Source of the DNA: Terriglobia bacterium
Lineage (GTDB): Bacteria; Acidobacteriota; Terriglobia; 2-12-FULL-54-10
Direction of reading: 5' to 3'
DNA length: 64,000 nt
Assembly (NCBI GenBank): GCA_963666975.2
Contig: CAXVYR010000003.1
Span: forward strand, 704,001 to 768,000
The first letter of the stretch is position 1, and the number at the start of each line of letters is the position of its first letter. A program made the position numbers and the translations under genes. This document shows positions 27,659 to 37,157 of this stretch, piece after piece. Under the pieces are notes generated by a model. It had not been told where the DNA came from, did not search any database, and was given only the letters and a program-made list of their open reading frames with translations.

Positions 27659-28831
27659 ATGCGGATTCTGGCGGCCTGCTGCGGACTGCTGGCGCTGGCT
27701 CTGTTTTCCACGCCATCGGCAGGGCAGCAACCGCTGTTCTTCGGCGACCCGCTGCCTGGTATCTCGGCACAGGAATTTGAACGTTTCCGGCTGGGACTGG
27801 AAGACTTCCTGGAGGTGGAGAACCCCGGCGAGGGTCTGGGGCCGGTATTCAATGGCCGCTCGTGCGCCGAGTGTCACAGCATCCCGGCCATCGGAGGAGG
27901 AGGCTCCATCACGGAAAGGCGGGCCGGACGCCGCAATCCGGACGGCAGCTTTGACCCTCTGCCAGGAGGCTCCCTCTTCCAGCTCTTTTCCATCCCCCCG
28001 CATAACTGCCAGGAGGTGGTTCCTCCCGAAGCCAACGTGGTGGCGGCCCGCAAAGCAATTCCGCTGTTCGGGGGCGGCTTGGTGGAGACCATCTCCGATG
28101 AGACGCTTTCAGGATTAGCCGACCCGGACGACCGTGATGGGGATGGCGTTTCCGGCCGTGTCCACTGGGTGTTTGACGTGGGCACACAAACCACTCGTGC
28201 CGGCCGTTTTGGATGGAAAGCGCAGCAGGCCACACTGCTCACGTTCGGCGCGGAGGCCTATCTGGAGGAGATGGGAATCACCAACGAGCTGTTTCCCCTG
28301 GAGAACGCCCCCAACGGCGATGCAGAGCGCCTGCGCTTCTGCGACCCGACTCGGGCCCTAGAGGACGTTCCGGAGCTGTCCACGGGCCTGCGCGGAATCG
28401 ACAATTTTGAAGCCTTTCTTCAATTCCTCGGCCCCCCGCCCCGAGGCGAGATCACCGACGTGGCGCGCCGGGGCGAGCAGGTCTTTGCGCGAACCGGCTG
28501 CGACGCCTGTCATGTGCCGGTGCTGTTCACCGGGGCCAGCGTGAACCCGGCCTTCGACCGGCGGCCCGTGCCGCTTTATTCCGATCTTTTGCTGCACGAC
28601 ATCGAAACCGGCGACGGCATCCCGCAAGGCGATGCCCTGGGCGAGGAGATTCGCATGCCCGCCTTATGGGGATTGCGTGTCCGCCGGGGGCTGCTGCACG
28701 ACGGCAGCGCCGCCACAATCACCGACGCCGTCCTTCGGCACGGAAACGAAGCGGCTTTGTCCCGCGAACAGTTCCTGGCGCTTTCAAAGGAGGAAGCAGA
28801 GGCGTTGCTGGCCTTTCTGCGGTCTTTATAG
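27659..28831 (+). CDS. Di-heme oxidoreductase (DHOR/DUF1111-like)
   Basis: GLGPVFNGRSCAECH, DPDDRDGDGVSGR, GRFGWKA, CDACH, YSDLLLHD and LLHDG motifs. Confidence 0.88.
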   Translation: MRILAACCGLLALALFSTPSAGQQPLFFGDPLPGISAQEFERFRLGLEDFLEVENPGEGLGPVFNGRSCAECHSIPAIGGGGSITERRAGRRNPDGSFDPLPGGSLFQLFSIPPHNCQEVVPPEANVVAARKAIPLFGGGLVETISDETLSGLADPDDRDGDGVSGRVHWVFDVGTQTTRAGRFGWKAQQATLLTFGAEAYLEEMGITNELFPLENAPNGDAERLRFCDPTRALEDVPELSTGLRGIDNFEAFLQFLGPPPRGEITDVARRGEQVFARTGCDACHVPVLFTGASVNPAFDRRPVPLYSDLLLHDIETGDGIPQGDALGEEIRMPALWGLRVRRGLLHDGSAATITDAVLRHGNEAALSREQFLALSKEEAEALLAFLRSL

Positions 28832-28885
28832 GAAAAAGCTTTTCCCCCGCCTTTCCGAATCCAAAGCCAACCCGGCGGGCGCGGC

Positions 28886-28913
28886 TTGCACTTTTTGATG
28901 CAAACCGTATAAT
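28886..28913 (+). promoter_or_regulatory. Sigma70 promoter
   Basis: TTGCAC, 16-bp spacer, TATAAT upstream of the nucleotidyltransferase. Confidence 0.55.
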
Positions 28914-28974
28914 CAGTGACGCTGATTGCGGCAACTTCACGGGGTCTCAAAAACGGATGAAGACAAAAGGTTCC

Positions 28975-29742
28975 ATGAAAGGTGTTGTGCTGGCCGGAGG
29001 CCTTGGGTCCAGACTCCATCCGCTCACCAAGATTACAAACAAACACCTGCTGCCGATCTACAACGAGCCGATGATTTACTATCCGATCCGGACCTTGGTC
29101 GAGGCGGGCATCCGCGACATCCAGTTGGTCACCGGAGGACAACACGCGGGAGATTTCCTGCGCCTGCTCGGCAACGGGGAGGCCTTCGGGCTGCGCCAAC
29201 TCAATTATGCTTATCAGGATGGAGAGGGCGGCATTGCCGACGCGCTCCGCCTGGCCGAGCCATTTGCGGATGGTTCCCCCCTCTGTGTGATCCTGGGCGA
29301 TAACATCATCGAAAAAGGCATTTCCGGGATCGTTGCGGCCTTCCGCCAGCAAGAAGGAGGCGCTCATATTGTCTTAAAGGAAGTGCCGGACCCGAACCGA
29401 TTTGGGGTGCCCGCCTTCGAGAATGGCCGGATCGTGCGCGTGGTGGAGAAACCATCCGCCCCGGCCTCCAACTTCGCAGTCATCGGCATTTACTTCTACG
29501 ACAGCACTGTTTTTCAGCGCGTCTCCCGGCTGGTCCCTTCGGGGCGGAATGAACTGGAGATCACCGACCTCAACAACAGTTATCTGGCGGAAGGAAAACT
29601 CTCCCACAGCATACTGGACGGCTGGTGGACTGATGCCGGAACCTTCGAGTCCTTGCGCCTGGCATCCAATCTGGTTGCAGAGACAGCCGGCAAAGCAACC
29701 GCAATTAAAGAAAATCCTGTAGGGTCGAAGCAATCGGCGTAA
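28975..29742 (+). CDS. Glucose-1-phosphate thymidylyltransferase (SpsI/RmlA-like)
   Basis: MKGVVLAGGLGSRLHPLT...KHLLP, GDN, ELEITD and WTDAGT motifs. Confidence 0.93.
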   Translation: MKGVVLAGGLGSRLHPLTKITNKHLLPIYNEPMIYYPIRTLVEAGIRDIQLVTGGQHAGDFLRLLGNGEAFGLRQLNYAYQDGEGGIADALRLAEPFADGSPLCVILGDNIIEKGISGIVAAFRQQEGGAHIVLKEVPDPNRFGVPAFENGRIVRVVEKPSAPASNFAVIGIYFYDSTVFQRVSRLVPSGRNELEITDLNNSYLAEGKLSHSILDGWWTDAGTFESLRLASNLVAETAGKATAIKENPVGSKQSA

Positions 29743-30032
29743 AACCATCGTGCCTGAAGGACTCACCGAAAGAACTCAGTTGATGCTCGCTTGATTGCTG
29801 CCCGGGCACCAACTGCTTTCCGAAAAATCCCTGCTGCAGCCACTGCGAACGATGTTGCCGCGCGTGCCCGCCGCCGGATCGCGCGCATCACGATCGCCTG
29901 GAGGAGCGTCACCATCCTGACTGGCGTTCACCTGACTGCCTTTTAAGGGCGGCGAACCCGTTTTACTGAGTAATCCATTCGGCGGGGAATAGCGGAATTG
30001 ACATCGATGGCAGGGAATGCTAATTAGCGTCC

Positions 30033-30536
30033 ATGCAGAAAGCTCCGGCAAAGCAAGCACCCCAAAAGAAAAAAACGAAGGGGCAGATCGTACTGGCGGT
30101 AGGGTTGCCGGGATCGGGCAAATCCACTTACTTTGCTCGCCGGGGAATCTGTCCGCTTTCGAGCGACACGCTGCGGTTGTGGCTGCTGGACGACGCCAAC
30201 AACCAGCTCCACCAGCATTGGATTTTTTTGACGCTCCGTTACCTGTTGCGGCTCCGTCTCCTGCTGGGCCGCATGCGGAATTACGTCGATGCCACCAACC
30301 TAACCCGTAAAGAGAGGCGTTTCTACATCCGCATGGGCGAGCGTTACGGCTACGAACTCCGTGCTCTATATTTCGACGTCCCGCTTGCTGTCTGCATGGA
30401 ACGCAACCGGCGGAGGAGCCGACAAGTCCCGAAAGAGGCGATGGTGCGGCTGGCTCAGCGGCTGTGTCCGCCTGCGCTGGATGAGGGATTTGCCAAGGTT
30501 ACAGTTGTGAGATCGGGAAAGGTGCGAAAGTCCTGA
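30033..30536 (+). CDS. P-loop kinase (AAA_33, polynucleotide-kinase-like)
   Basis: GLPGSGKST, LSSD, VDATNL and RNRRR motifs. Confidence 0.85.
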   Translation: MQKAPAKQAPQKKKTKGQIVLAVGLPGSGKSTYFARRGICPLSSDTLRLWLLDDANNQLHQHWIFLTLRYLLRLRLLLGRMRNYVDATNLTRKERRFYIRMGERYGYELRALYFDVPLAVCMERNRRRSRQVPKEAMVRLAQRLCPPALDEGFAKVTVVRSGKVRKS

Positions 30537-30561
30537 CCTCCTCGAAAAGTCGGGGAGAGTT

Positions 30562-31005
30562 TCAATCAAACGGTTTGTGCCGCTTTGGCCCCTCGCGGCC
30601 TTCCATCCGGTCGTAAACATAACGGGCCGAGACGGTACCCAATGCCTGGTTGTACAGAGTCGTCAGTCCGATTGCCGCATTCAGTTCCTCGTCGAAATCA
30701 TGGAGCGCCTTCAACTGCCCGGCCAGGGCCGGGATACTGCGCCCTTCATCCTGCCAGAACTTTTGAAAGCCTCGGTCCAGCAGATGAGCAATCCGGTCTC
30801 CCCGCAGCAGTCCAGGCCGCGCTATAAACCGGAGCTCGCCCGAAGGGCTCCTTTCGAGCATTGCACCGCAGCCATTTTTGCCGATCAACACGCGGTTCTC
30901 GCCGCACTCGGTTACGACGAAGCCGGCATTTTTTAACCGCTCCATCGAGGTATTATAGTCTGGCTTGTTTGCGGCTTCTTTTTTCCGATCCATTTTCCGA
31001 ACCAT
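30562..31005 (-). CDS. Hypothetical protein
   Basis: 147-aa ORF with LLDRGFQKF and LYNQALGTVS...YDR; recalled as resembling a conserved acidobacterial protein (unverified). Confidence 0.75.
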   Translation of the reverse strand: MVRKMDRKKEAANKPDYNTSMERLKNAGFVVTECGENRVLIGKNGCGAMLERSPSGELRFIARPGLLRGDRIAHLLDRGFQKFWQDEGRSIPALAGQLKALHDFDEELNAAIGLTTLYNQALGTVSARYVYDRMEGREGPKRHKPFD

Positions 31006-31176
31006 GGCAGCGATAAACGGAAGAATTGCTCTTTAACTCAGCGAGAGGACAATCATCTCCTTAGCCTGGAATCATATCACGGGGAGCATGCGACCTGCCG
31101 AACCGCTGACCGTTTCAGTAACGGTTGGAATGAAAGGTGAAGATGCCTCAAGTTGGCTCCACTCAACTCCTGTTCC

Positions 31177-31205
31177 TTGACAGATGGCAGCAGGCGTGTT
31201 ACTTT
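31177..31205 (+). promoter_or_regulatory. Sigma70 promoter of the atp operon
   Basis: TTGACA, 17-bp spacer, TACTTT with TG extension. Confidence 0.6.
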
Positions 31206-31254
31206 CGCGGATTCGCAATTTGCTCTTAATGCGCTGATTAAGCTAGCCTTATGG

Positions 31255-31743
31255 ATGTATTACGGCAGCAGTCTCAAAGATATTTTACTCAACGCGATCC
31301 CCACATTCATTCTGGTTTGGGTTCTTTATTTTTATACGTCGCGAATCTTTTTTCGCCCGCTGCAGAAAACCATGAGTGAGCGGCACGCCTCTACTGCCGG
31401 GCTGCGGCAAGCGGCGGAAGCGAATATAGCCCTGGCAGAACAAAAAACTTCCCAATACCAGGAGGCCTTGCAATCGGCGCGGACGGAGCTTTACCGCCGG
31501 CAAGAACAGGAGCGGCAACAGGCGCTCGACCGGCGTGCGGAAATTCTTCGCCAGTCCCGCCAGCAGGCCGAGGAGATGGTAAAGCGCGCGCAGCAAGAGA
31601 TTCGGGCTGAGGCGGAGCAGGCTAAAAAGCGCCTGGAGACCGAAAGCGACCAGATCGCCTTTTCCATTGCGCAAGCGATCTTGAAATCCGGCCCGGCTGT
31701 TTCTCCCGCAAGCCACGGTAGTGGATCGGAGGTTCCCCGATAA
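31255..31743 (+). CDS. atpF: ATP synthase F0 subunit b' (start uncertain)
   Basis: Single N-terminal transmembrane helix, FFRPL, long helical stalk; first gene of the atp cluster. Confidence 0.88.
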   Translation: MYYGSSLKDILLNAIPTFILVWVLYFYTSRIFFRPLQKTMSERHASTAGLRQAAEANIALAEQKTSQYQEALQSARTELYRRQEQERQQALDRRAEILRQSRQQAEEMVKRAQQEIRAEAEQAKKRLETESDQIAFSIAQAILKSGPAVSPASHGSGSEVPR

Positions 31744-32484
31744 ATGAGCCCTGCGGGTAAACATCTTCGCTGGAATGCTCTCGCTTCCATCATCACGATT
31801 GTTGTGCTGATTGGTTTCGGCCTGAGCGGAGGAGCATTTTTCCAGTCTGCACAAAACGAGGCGGCTCCACCGGCAGCAACTTCAGAAGCTGCGACTTCAG
31901 AAGCTGAACCTGCCGAACATGCCGCTGAAGCAGAGCATGGCGACGCGGGCCAGGAAGCGGGAAGCCACTTCTGGGAGGAGCTTTTTCATTGGACCAACTT
32001 TATTCTGATCGTGGTGGCTGTCGGATACATGGGGAAAAAATTTATTGCACCGTTCCTGGCCGAGCGAGCGCAGGCGATTCGCAAAGACATGGAGGACTCG
32101 GCCCGTGCCCGCCAGACGGCCGCTGCGCGGCTGGCCGGCGTAGAGAATAAACTAAAGCAGTTGGACGAGGAGATCGCCAGCTTGCGGAACAACGCCCTGC
32201 AGGAAGCTGCCGCGGACCAGGCACGCATCGTGGAACAGGCCAAGACGGACTCCGGGAAGATCGCGGCGAACGCGCAGCAGGAAATTGCTGCCGCGACCAA
32301 AACAGCGATCCAGGAACTCAAAGCCCATACCGCCGAGCTGGCCGTCGGACTGGCGGAAAAGAAAATTCGAGATTCCATCTCGCCGCAGGCGGAGAAAAAT
32401 ATTTTCCGTTCCTTCCTGGAAGGCCTCGACTACGGGACAACCCCCGGAAGCGATTCTTCCGCCAAGACTCAGGAGAAAGGCTAA
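31744..32484 (+). CDS. atpF: ATP synthase F0 subunit b
   Basis: WTNFILIV transmembrane helix followed by a helical stalk; synteny. Confidence 0.9.
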   Translation: MSPAGKHLRWNALASIITIVVLIGFGLSGGAFFQSAQNEAAPPAATSEAATSEAEPAEHAAEAEHGDAGQEAGSHFWEELFHWTNFILIVVAVGYMGKKFIAPFLAERAQAIRKDMEDSARARQTAAARLAGVENKLKQLDEEIASLRNNALQEAAADQARIVEQAKTDSGKIAANAQQEIAAATKTAIQELKAHTAELAVGLAEKKIRDSISPQAEKNIFRSFLEGLDYGTTPGSDSSAKTQEKG

Positions 32485-32487
32485 CGG

Positions 32488-33045
32488 ATGCCGTCTGCTG
32501 TTTCATCCCGCTACGCACGCGCTCTAGTGGATATCGTCACAGGTCCCGCCGCCACGGAAGCGGGGAAAGACCCGCAGGCGGTCGCAGTTCAGTTGGCGGA
32601 GTTCCACACGCTTCTTACGGAGAACCCCGAGGTGCGGATTCTGTTTTCCACGCCGGCTGTGGCGGCTGCCAAGAAGAAAGCAATCCTGGCCGAGTTGGCG
32701 CCCCGGCTGGAACTGGATGCGCTGACGAAAAACTTTTTGAACGTGCTCATTGACAACGACCGCATGATCTTTTTGCGCGAGATTGCGGAGGCATTCGATT
32801 CCCTGCTGCACGAGCGGTTGGGGGTGGTAGTCGCTGAGATTCTCACGGCCCGGCCACTCGAAGAAGCGGAACAGAAGCAACTGGCAAGGGCTCTCCACGC
32901 CAAGACCGGCAAACAAATCCGGATGAATCTTTCTCTCGACTCCAACCTGATCGGCGGAATCGTTGCCCGTATCGGCAGCACCATCTACGACGGTTCGGTC
33001 CGCGGGCAACTGGAGCGCATTCGCGGCGAACTAACCGCCAAGTAA
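32488..33045 (+). CDS. atpH: ATP synthase F1 subunit delta
   Basis: RYARAL and LIGGIVARIGSTIYDGSV motifs. Confidence 0.96.
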   Translation: MPSAVSSRYARALVDIVTGPAATEAGKDPQAVAVQLAEFHTLLTENPEVRILFSTPAVAAAKKKAILAELAPRLELDALTKNFLNVLIDNDRMIFLREIAEAFDSLLHERLGVVVAEILTARPLEEAEQKQLARALHAKTGKQIRMNLSLDSNLIGGIVARIGSTIYDGSVRGQLERIRGELTAK

Positions 33046-33074
33046 AGATTCATTGAGCCACTGAAGGAGCGTAC

Positions 33075-34628
33075 ATGGCACAGATCAAAGCGGACGAAAT
33101 CAGCAAGATGATCCGCCAGCAGATTGAGAACTATGAAACGACAGTAAACGTCGCCGAGGTAGGTTCCGTCATCTCCGTAGGAGACGGCATTGCCCGCATT
33201 TACGGACTGGAAAAGGTGATGGCGGGCGAGATGGTGGACCTGCCCCACGGCGTTACCGGCATTGCCCTGAACCTGGAGGAGGACCAAGTCGGGACGGTGC
33301 TGCTGGGCGACTACACTACGATCAAGGAAGGAGACGAGGTCCGGCGGACGGGCAAGATCATGCAGTTCCCGGTGGGCGATGCCCTGGTCGGACGTGTGGT
33401 CGATGCTCTGGGCAAGCCGCTCGACGGCAAGGGCCCTCTGGCAACCGACCGCTTCAACCCGATTGAGTGCATCGCTCCGGGAGTGGTGGCCCGCCAACCC
33501 GTGAGGGAACCGCTGCAGACCGGCCTGAAAGCGATTGATGGCATGATCCCGATCGGTCGCGGCCAGCGCGAGTTGATCATCGGGGACCGCCAGACGGGCA
33601 AGACGGCGGTTGCGATTGACGCCATCATCAATCAGAAGGGCGGCGACGTGATCGCCGTCTATGTGGCGATCGGCCAGAAGCGCTCGACGATTGCCCAGGT
33701 CGTCAAGACTCTGGAAGAGCACGGAGCCATGGACTACACCGTGGTGGTGGCGGCCTCGGCCAGCGACCCGGCTCCGATGCAATTTCTGGCCCCGTACTCC
33801 GGCTGCGCGATTGGGGAGTTCTTCCGCGACTCGGGCAGGCATGCCCTGTGCATCTATGACGACCTCTCCAAGCACGCCGCCTCCTACCGCGAAATTTCGC
33901 TTCTGCTGCGGCGTCCGCCGGGACGCGAGGCCTTTCCGGGCGACGTCTTTTACCTGCACTCCCGGCTGCTGGAGCGCGCCGCCAAGCTGAACGACGAGAA
34001 TGGCGGCGGCTCGCTGACGGCGCTGCCAATCATTGAAACCCAGGCCGGCGACGTTTCCGCCTATATTCCGACCAACGTGATCTCCATCACCGACGGGCAG
34101 ATTTATCTGGAGACGGACCTGTTCAACTCCGGCATCCGGCCGGCCATCAACGTGGGGCTTTCCGTCTCCCGCGTGGGAGGCAACGCCCAGATCGCCGCCA
34201 TGAAACAGCTCGCCGGAACATTGCGGCTGGACCTGGCGCAGTACCGCGAACTGGCGGCCTTCGCCCAGTTTGGCTCTGATCTGGACAAAGCCACGCAGGC
34301 ATTGTTGTCTCGCGGGCAACGGCTGACGGAACTGCTCAAACAGGACCAATACGTCCCCCTGCCCGTGGAGAAGCAGATTCTCTCCATATTCGCCGGGACT
34401 CAGGGGTATCTGGACGACATCCCCGTGGAGACGATCCGCTCGTTCGAGGCGGAGTTGTCACGGTTCGTCGACAACAACCACCCTTCCCTGCTCCAGAAAC
34501 TGCTGGGGAAAAAGAAACTCGACGACGCGTTGCGCCAGGAACTCGGCAACGTGATCACCCAATTCAAAGAACGCTTTCTGGCGGAACGGAAGGCGCAGAA
34601 CCCCGCGAAGACAGGAGGCGCTGCTTGA
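33075..34628 (+). CDS. atpA: ATP synthase F1 subunit alpha
   Basis: GDRQTGKT and [22 protein letters not shown]. Confidence 0.99.
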   Translation: MAQIKADEISKMIRQQIENYETTVNVAEVGSVISVGDGIARIYGLEKVMAGEMVDLPHGVTGIALNLEEDQVGTVLLGDYTTIKEGDEVRRTGKIMQFPVGDALVGRVVDALGKPLDGKGPLATDRFNPIECIAPGVVARQPVREPLQTGLKAIDGMIPIGRGQRELIIGDRQTGKTAVAIDAIINQKGGDVIAVYVAIGQKRSTIAQVVKTLEEHGAMDYTVVVAASASDPAPMQFLAPYSGCAIGEFFRDSGRHALCIYDDLSKHAASYREISLLLRRPPGREAFPGDVFYLHSRLLERAAKLNDENGGGSLTALPIIETQAGDVSAYIPTNVISITDGQIYLETDLFNSGIRPAINVGLSVSRVGGNAQIAAMKQLAGTLRLDLAQYRELAAFAQFGSDLDKATQALLSRGQRLTELLKQDQYVPLPVEKQILSIFAGTQGYLDDIPVETIRSFEAELSRFVDNNHPSLLQKLLGKKKLDDALRQELGNVITQFKERFLAERKAQNPAKTGGAA

Positions 34629-34700
34629 ACGCTACTCGCCGTAGGGAACCTGCTGAACCGGCTGCACCCACCGGACTAACTGTACTGGGAGCTTTCCTCC

Positions 34701-35567
34701 ATGCCTAGCTTGATTGACATGCGCCGGCGGATCCGCTCGGTGCGCAACACACAGCAGATCACCAAGGCCATGAAAATGGTTGCGGCGGCCAAGCTGCGGC
34801 GCGCACAGGAAAGCGCTTTCAATGCCCGCCCGTATGCAGGTCTCATCAAGGAAGTCCTGGGAAGCTTGGCGGTCCGTTCCGCGGTGCAGCAGCATCCCCT
34901 GCTGGCCCGCCGTCCCCAGCAGCGTCTGCTGGTTTTGGTGCTCTCCGGTGACAGGGGTCTTTGCGGAGCATTCAACACCAACATCATGCGCGCCACGGAA
35001 CGCTTCCTGCAGGAACACAGACCGCAAGAGGTGGAACTGGTCCTGATCGGCCGAAAAAGCCGGGATTACTTCCGCCGGCGGCCTGTGAAAGTTGCTCGCG
35101 AGCACGTCAACATTTTCGCCCGGCTGAGCTACCTCCACGCCCGTGAAATTGCTGCCGAAGTAATCTCTTCGTATTCGCAGGAAGAGATCGACGGGGTATT
35201 CCTGATTTACAACTCATTCAAAAGCGTTCTCTCGCAGCGGGTGCTAGTCGAGCAACTGCTGCCGCTGGCGGATTTTCAGCCAGCCGAGGGCTCGGCAGAT
35301 AATTTTTCCGGAGTGGATTACATCTACGAACAGCCGCCGCAGGAGATCTACGCCAGCCTGTTGCCGAAGTACGTTGAGGTGCAGATTTTTGGCGCTTTGC
35401 TGGAGTCGGCTGCTTCGGAACATGCCGCCCGAATGACGGCGATGGAGGCCGCCACCAACAACGCCGGTGATATGATCGACGGCCTCACGCTGAAACTGAA
35501 CCGGATTCGCCAGGCCGCCATCACCAAAGAGTTGATTGAGGTGGTCAGCGGCGCGGCCAGCTTGTAG
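34701..35567 (+). CDS. atpG: ATP synthase F1 subunit gamma
   Basis: ITKAMKMVAAAK, DRGLCG and RQAAITKEL motifs. Confidence 0.98.
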   Translation: MPSLIDMRRRIRSVRNTQQITKAMKMVAAAKLRRAQESAFNARPYAGLIKEVLGSLAVRSAVQQHPLLARRPQQRLLVLVLSGDRGLCGAFNTNIMRATERFLQEHRPQEVELVLIGRKSRDYFRRRPVKVAREHVNIFARLSYLHAREIAAEVISSYSQEEIDGVFLIYNSFKSVLSQRVLVEQLLPLADFQPAEGSADNFSGVDYIYEQPPQEIYASLLPKYVEVQIFGALLESAASEHAARMTAMEAATNNAGDMIDGLTLKLNRIRQAAITKELIEVVSGAASL

Positions 35568-35632
35568 CGGAGAAGACCGCGTCACCGCAAGGGCTGCCGG
35601 GGAAATGCAGTCTTTCCTTCTGTACGCCTTTT

Positions 35633-36265
35633 CTACTCTCCGAGGAACTCCCGGAGTTCTTCTTCCAAAACAGCCCCCTCGCGAATCAGCCCCCACTTTG
35701 GAGTGGTCACGTCAACCGTGGTTGCAATCTGGTGGTCCCCGATGGGGCTATCCAGGATCAGAGCAAGGTTCCGGCCCAGTGTAGCGAGCACCTCGCTCGC
35801 CTGAGAGCAGGTAGGATGCCCGGAGATATTGGCGCTGGTGGCAATCAAAGGCATTCCAAAGCGGGCCAGCAACCGGCGAGCGATAGGAGAGGCAGGCTGC
35901 CGCACGGCTATCCCCCCGGTGTTTCCGGTGACTTTCAAAGGCACGCAACTGGCGGCTTTCACAATGACGCTGACCGGACCGGGTCAGTATCTGTGGGCCA
36001 GCAGATAAAAGAGAGAGGGCACATGACGGCCCAGTTCCATTGCTTGGTCCACCGATTCCACCATCAGCGGCAGAGAACGATCCCAGGCGCGGCTTTTCGT
36101 CTCGAATACTTTTTCGACCGCTGCCAGATTGAACGGATCGGCCACCAAGCTGTACAACGTATCGGTGGAAATTGCCACGATCTCGCCGCGGCGTATGGCA
36201 TTTACGGCGTAGGCGATTTTCTCTTCTTCCGGATCATCGGGCCGAATGGATACGACTTCCGGCAT
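35633..36265 (-). CDS. tsaC: L-threonylcarbamoyladenylate synthase (TsaC/Sua5) with an in-frame TGA at 35984-35986
   Basis: STDTLY, K.R, Y*PGPV (normally WPGP), ATSANISG and IREGA; the two ORF pieces are in the same frame. Confidence 0.9.
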
Positions 36266-36447
36266 ACTGCGCCTCTCTTTGCGCCCGTGATGGGCACCCG
36301 TGAGGGGAGCCGAACATGGGCTGCCGAAGCGGGTCAATCAACTGTCCTGCAACGGCCCTGCATGCGGCTGCAAGACAGTTGCCCGCCCTGCACGGTATGT
36401 CCAAAGACCGTTGAATCCGCTTCGGCGCGCAGAAGTAACGGCACGGA

Positions 36448-36864
36448 CTACAAGGCCTGCAAAGCCGCCTCGGCACACTCCATATCTTCCTTCCAGTGGC
36501 CGCCGCTGACTCCGATCCCTCCGACGACTTGGTTATCGATGGTCACGGGATATCCTCCCCCGAAGACGACCAGGCGAGGCGTGTGCACGATTCCGGCCAG
36601 CAACGGAGGGTCGCCTTTGATGAAGTCAAACCACGTGTGGGTAGGGATTCCAAAACTGACGGCAGTGTAGGCCTTGTCCTGAGCAATCTGGACGCTCAGC
36701 AGCGGGGCGCTGTCCATTCGGGAAAACGCTTTTAGATTGCCGCTTTCATCGCAAACCGCAATAACCATGGGCTTTTTGAGTTCCTGCGCTTTCTTTTCTG
36801 CGGCGGCGATCAACTTTGCGGCCGCCTCCTCGGTGATCGTTTGACGCGCAATTGTATTAGCCAT
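36448..36864 (-). CDS. GlcG/HbpS family heme-binding protein
   Basis: IAVCDESG, RMD, KAYTA and GGIGVSGG motifs. Confidence 0.92.
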   Translation of the reverse strand: MANTIARQTITEEAAAKLIAAAEKKAQELKKPMVIAVCDESGNLKAFSRMDSAPLLSVQIAQDKAYTAVSFGIPTHTWFDFIKGDPPLLAGIVHTPRLVVFGGGYPVTIDNQVVGGIGVSGGHWKEDMECAEAALQAL

Positions 36865-37071
36865 AATTCCTCCTGAATAGGGATGCCCCCGCTCACTCCT
36901 GAACGCCGGGGCAGCCAGAGACTATCACTCCTAAAGCAAGGCATTCAAGCGATTTGGAGAAGTGTTTTCGGCAGCGTCTTTGCCAAGCTTTCCCTTAACT
37001 CCTGCCTGCTCCAGCCTCTGGCCGCCCTCTCCCGCGCGGGTCCCAAAATGCTGCTGCCTACTCCAGTTTCC

Positions 37072-37100
37072 TTGACGGAACTGAGGCGTAAGTCTAAAAT
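37072..37100 (+). promoter_or_regulatory. Sigma70 promoter of ffh
   Basis: TTGACG, 17-bp spacer, TAAAAT. Confidence 0.6.
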
Positions 37101-37157
37101 AGACAATCGGGTGCATAGGTTTAGTCGTAGCCCGCGATGGCCCCCCAACAGGTGTTC

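Noticed and set aside
29776-30060. 94-aa minus-strand ORF
   Set aside because: No recognisable motif, and it overlaps the kinase start; unsupported.
32985-34349. 454-aa minus-strand ORF, and similar long antisense ORFs at 17699-18694, 38954-40105, 43259-44461 and 52041-53054
   Set aside because: GC-rich antisense shadows of well-supported genes.
36900-37140. SRP RNA near ffh
   Set aside because: No conserved SRP domain IV (CAGG-GNRA-AGCAG) motif seen.
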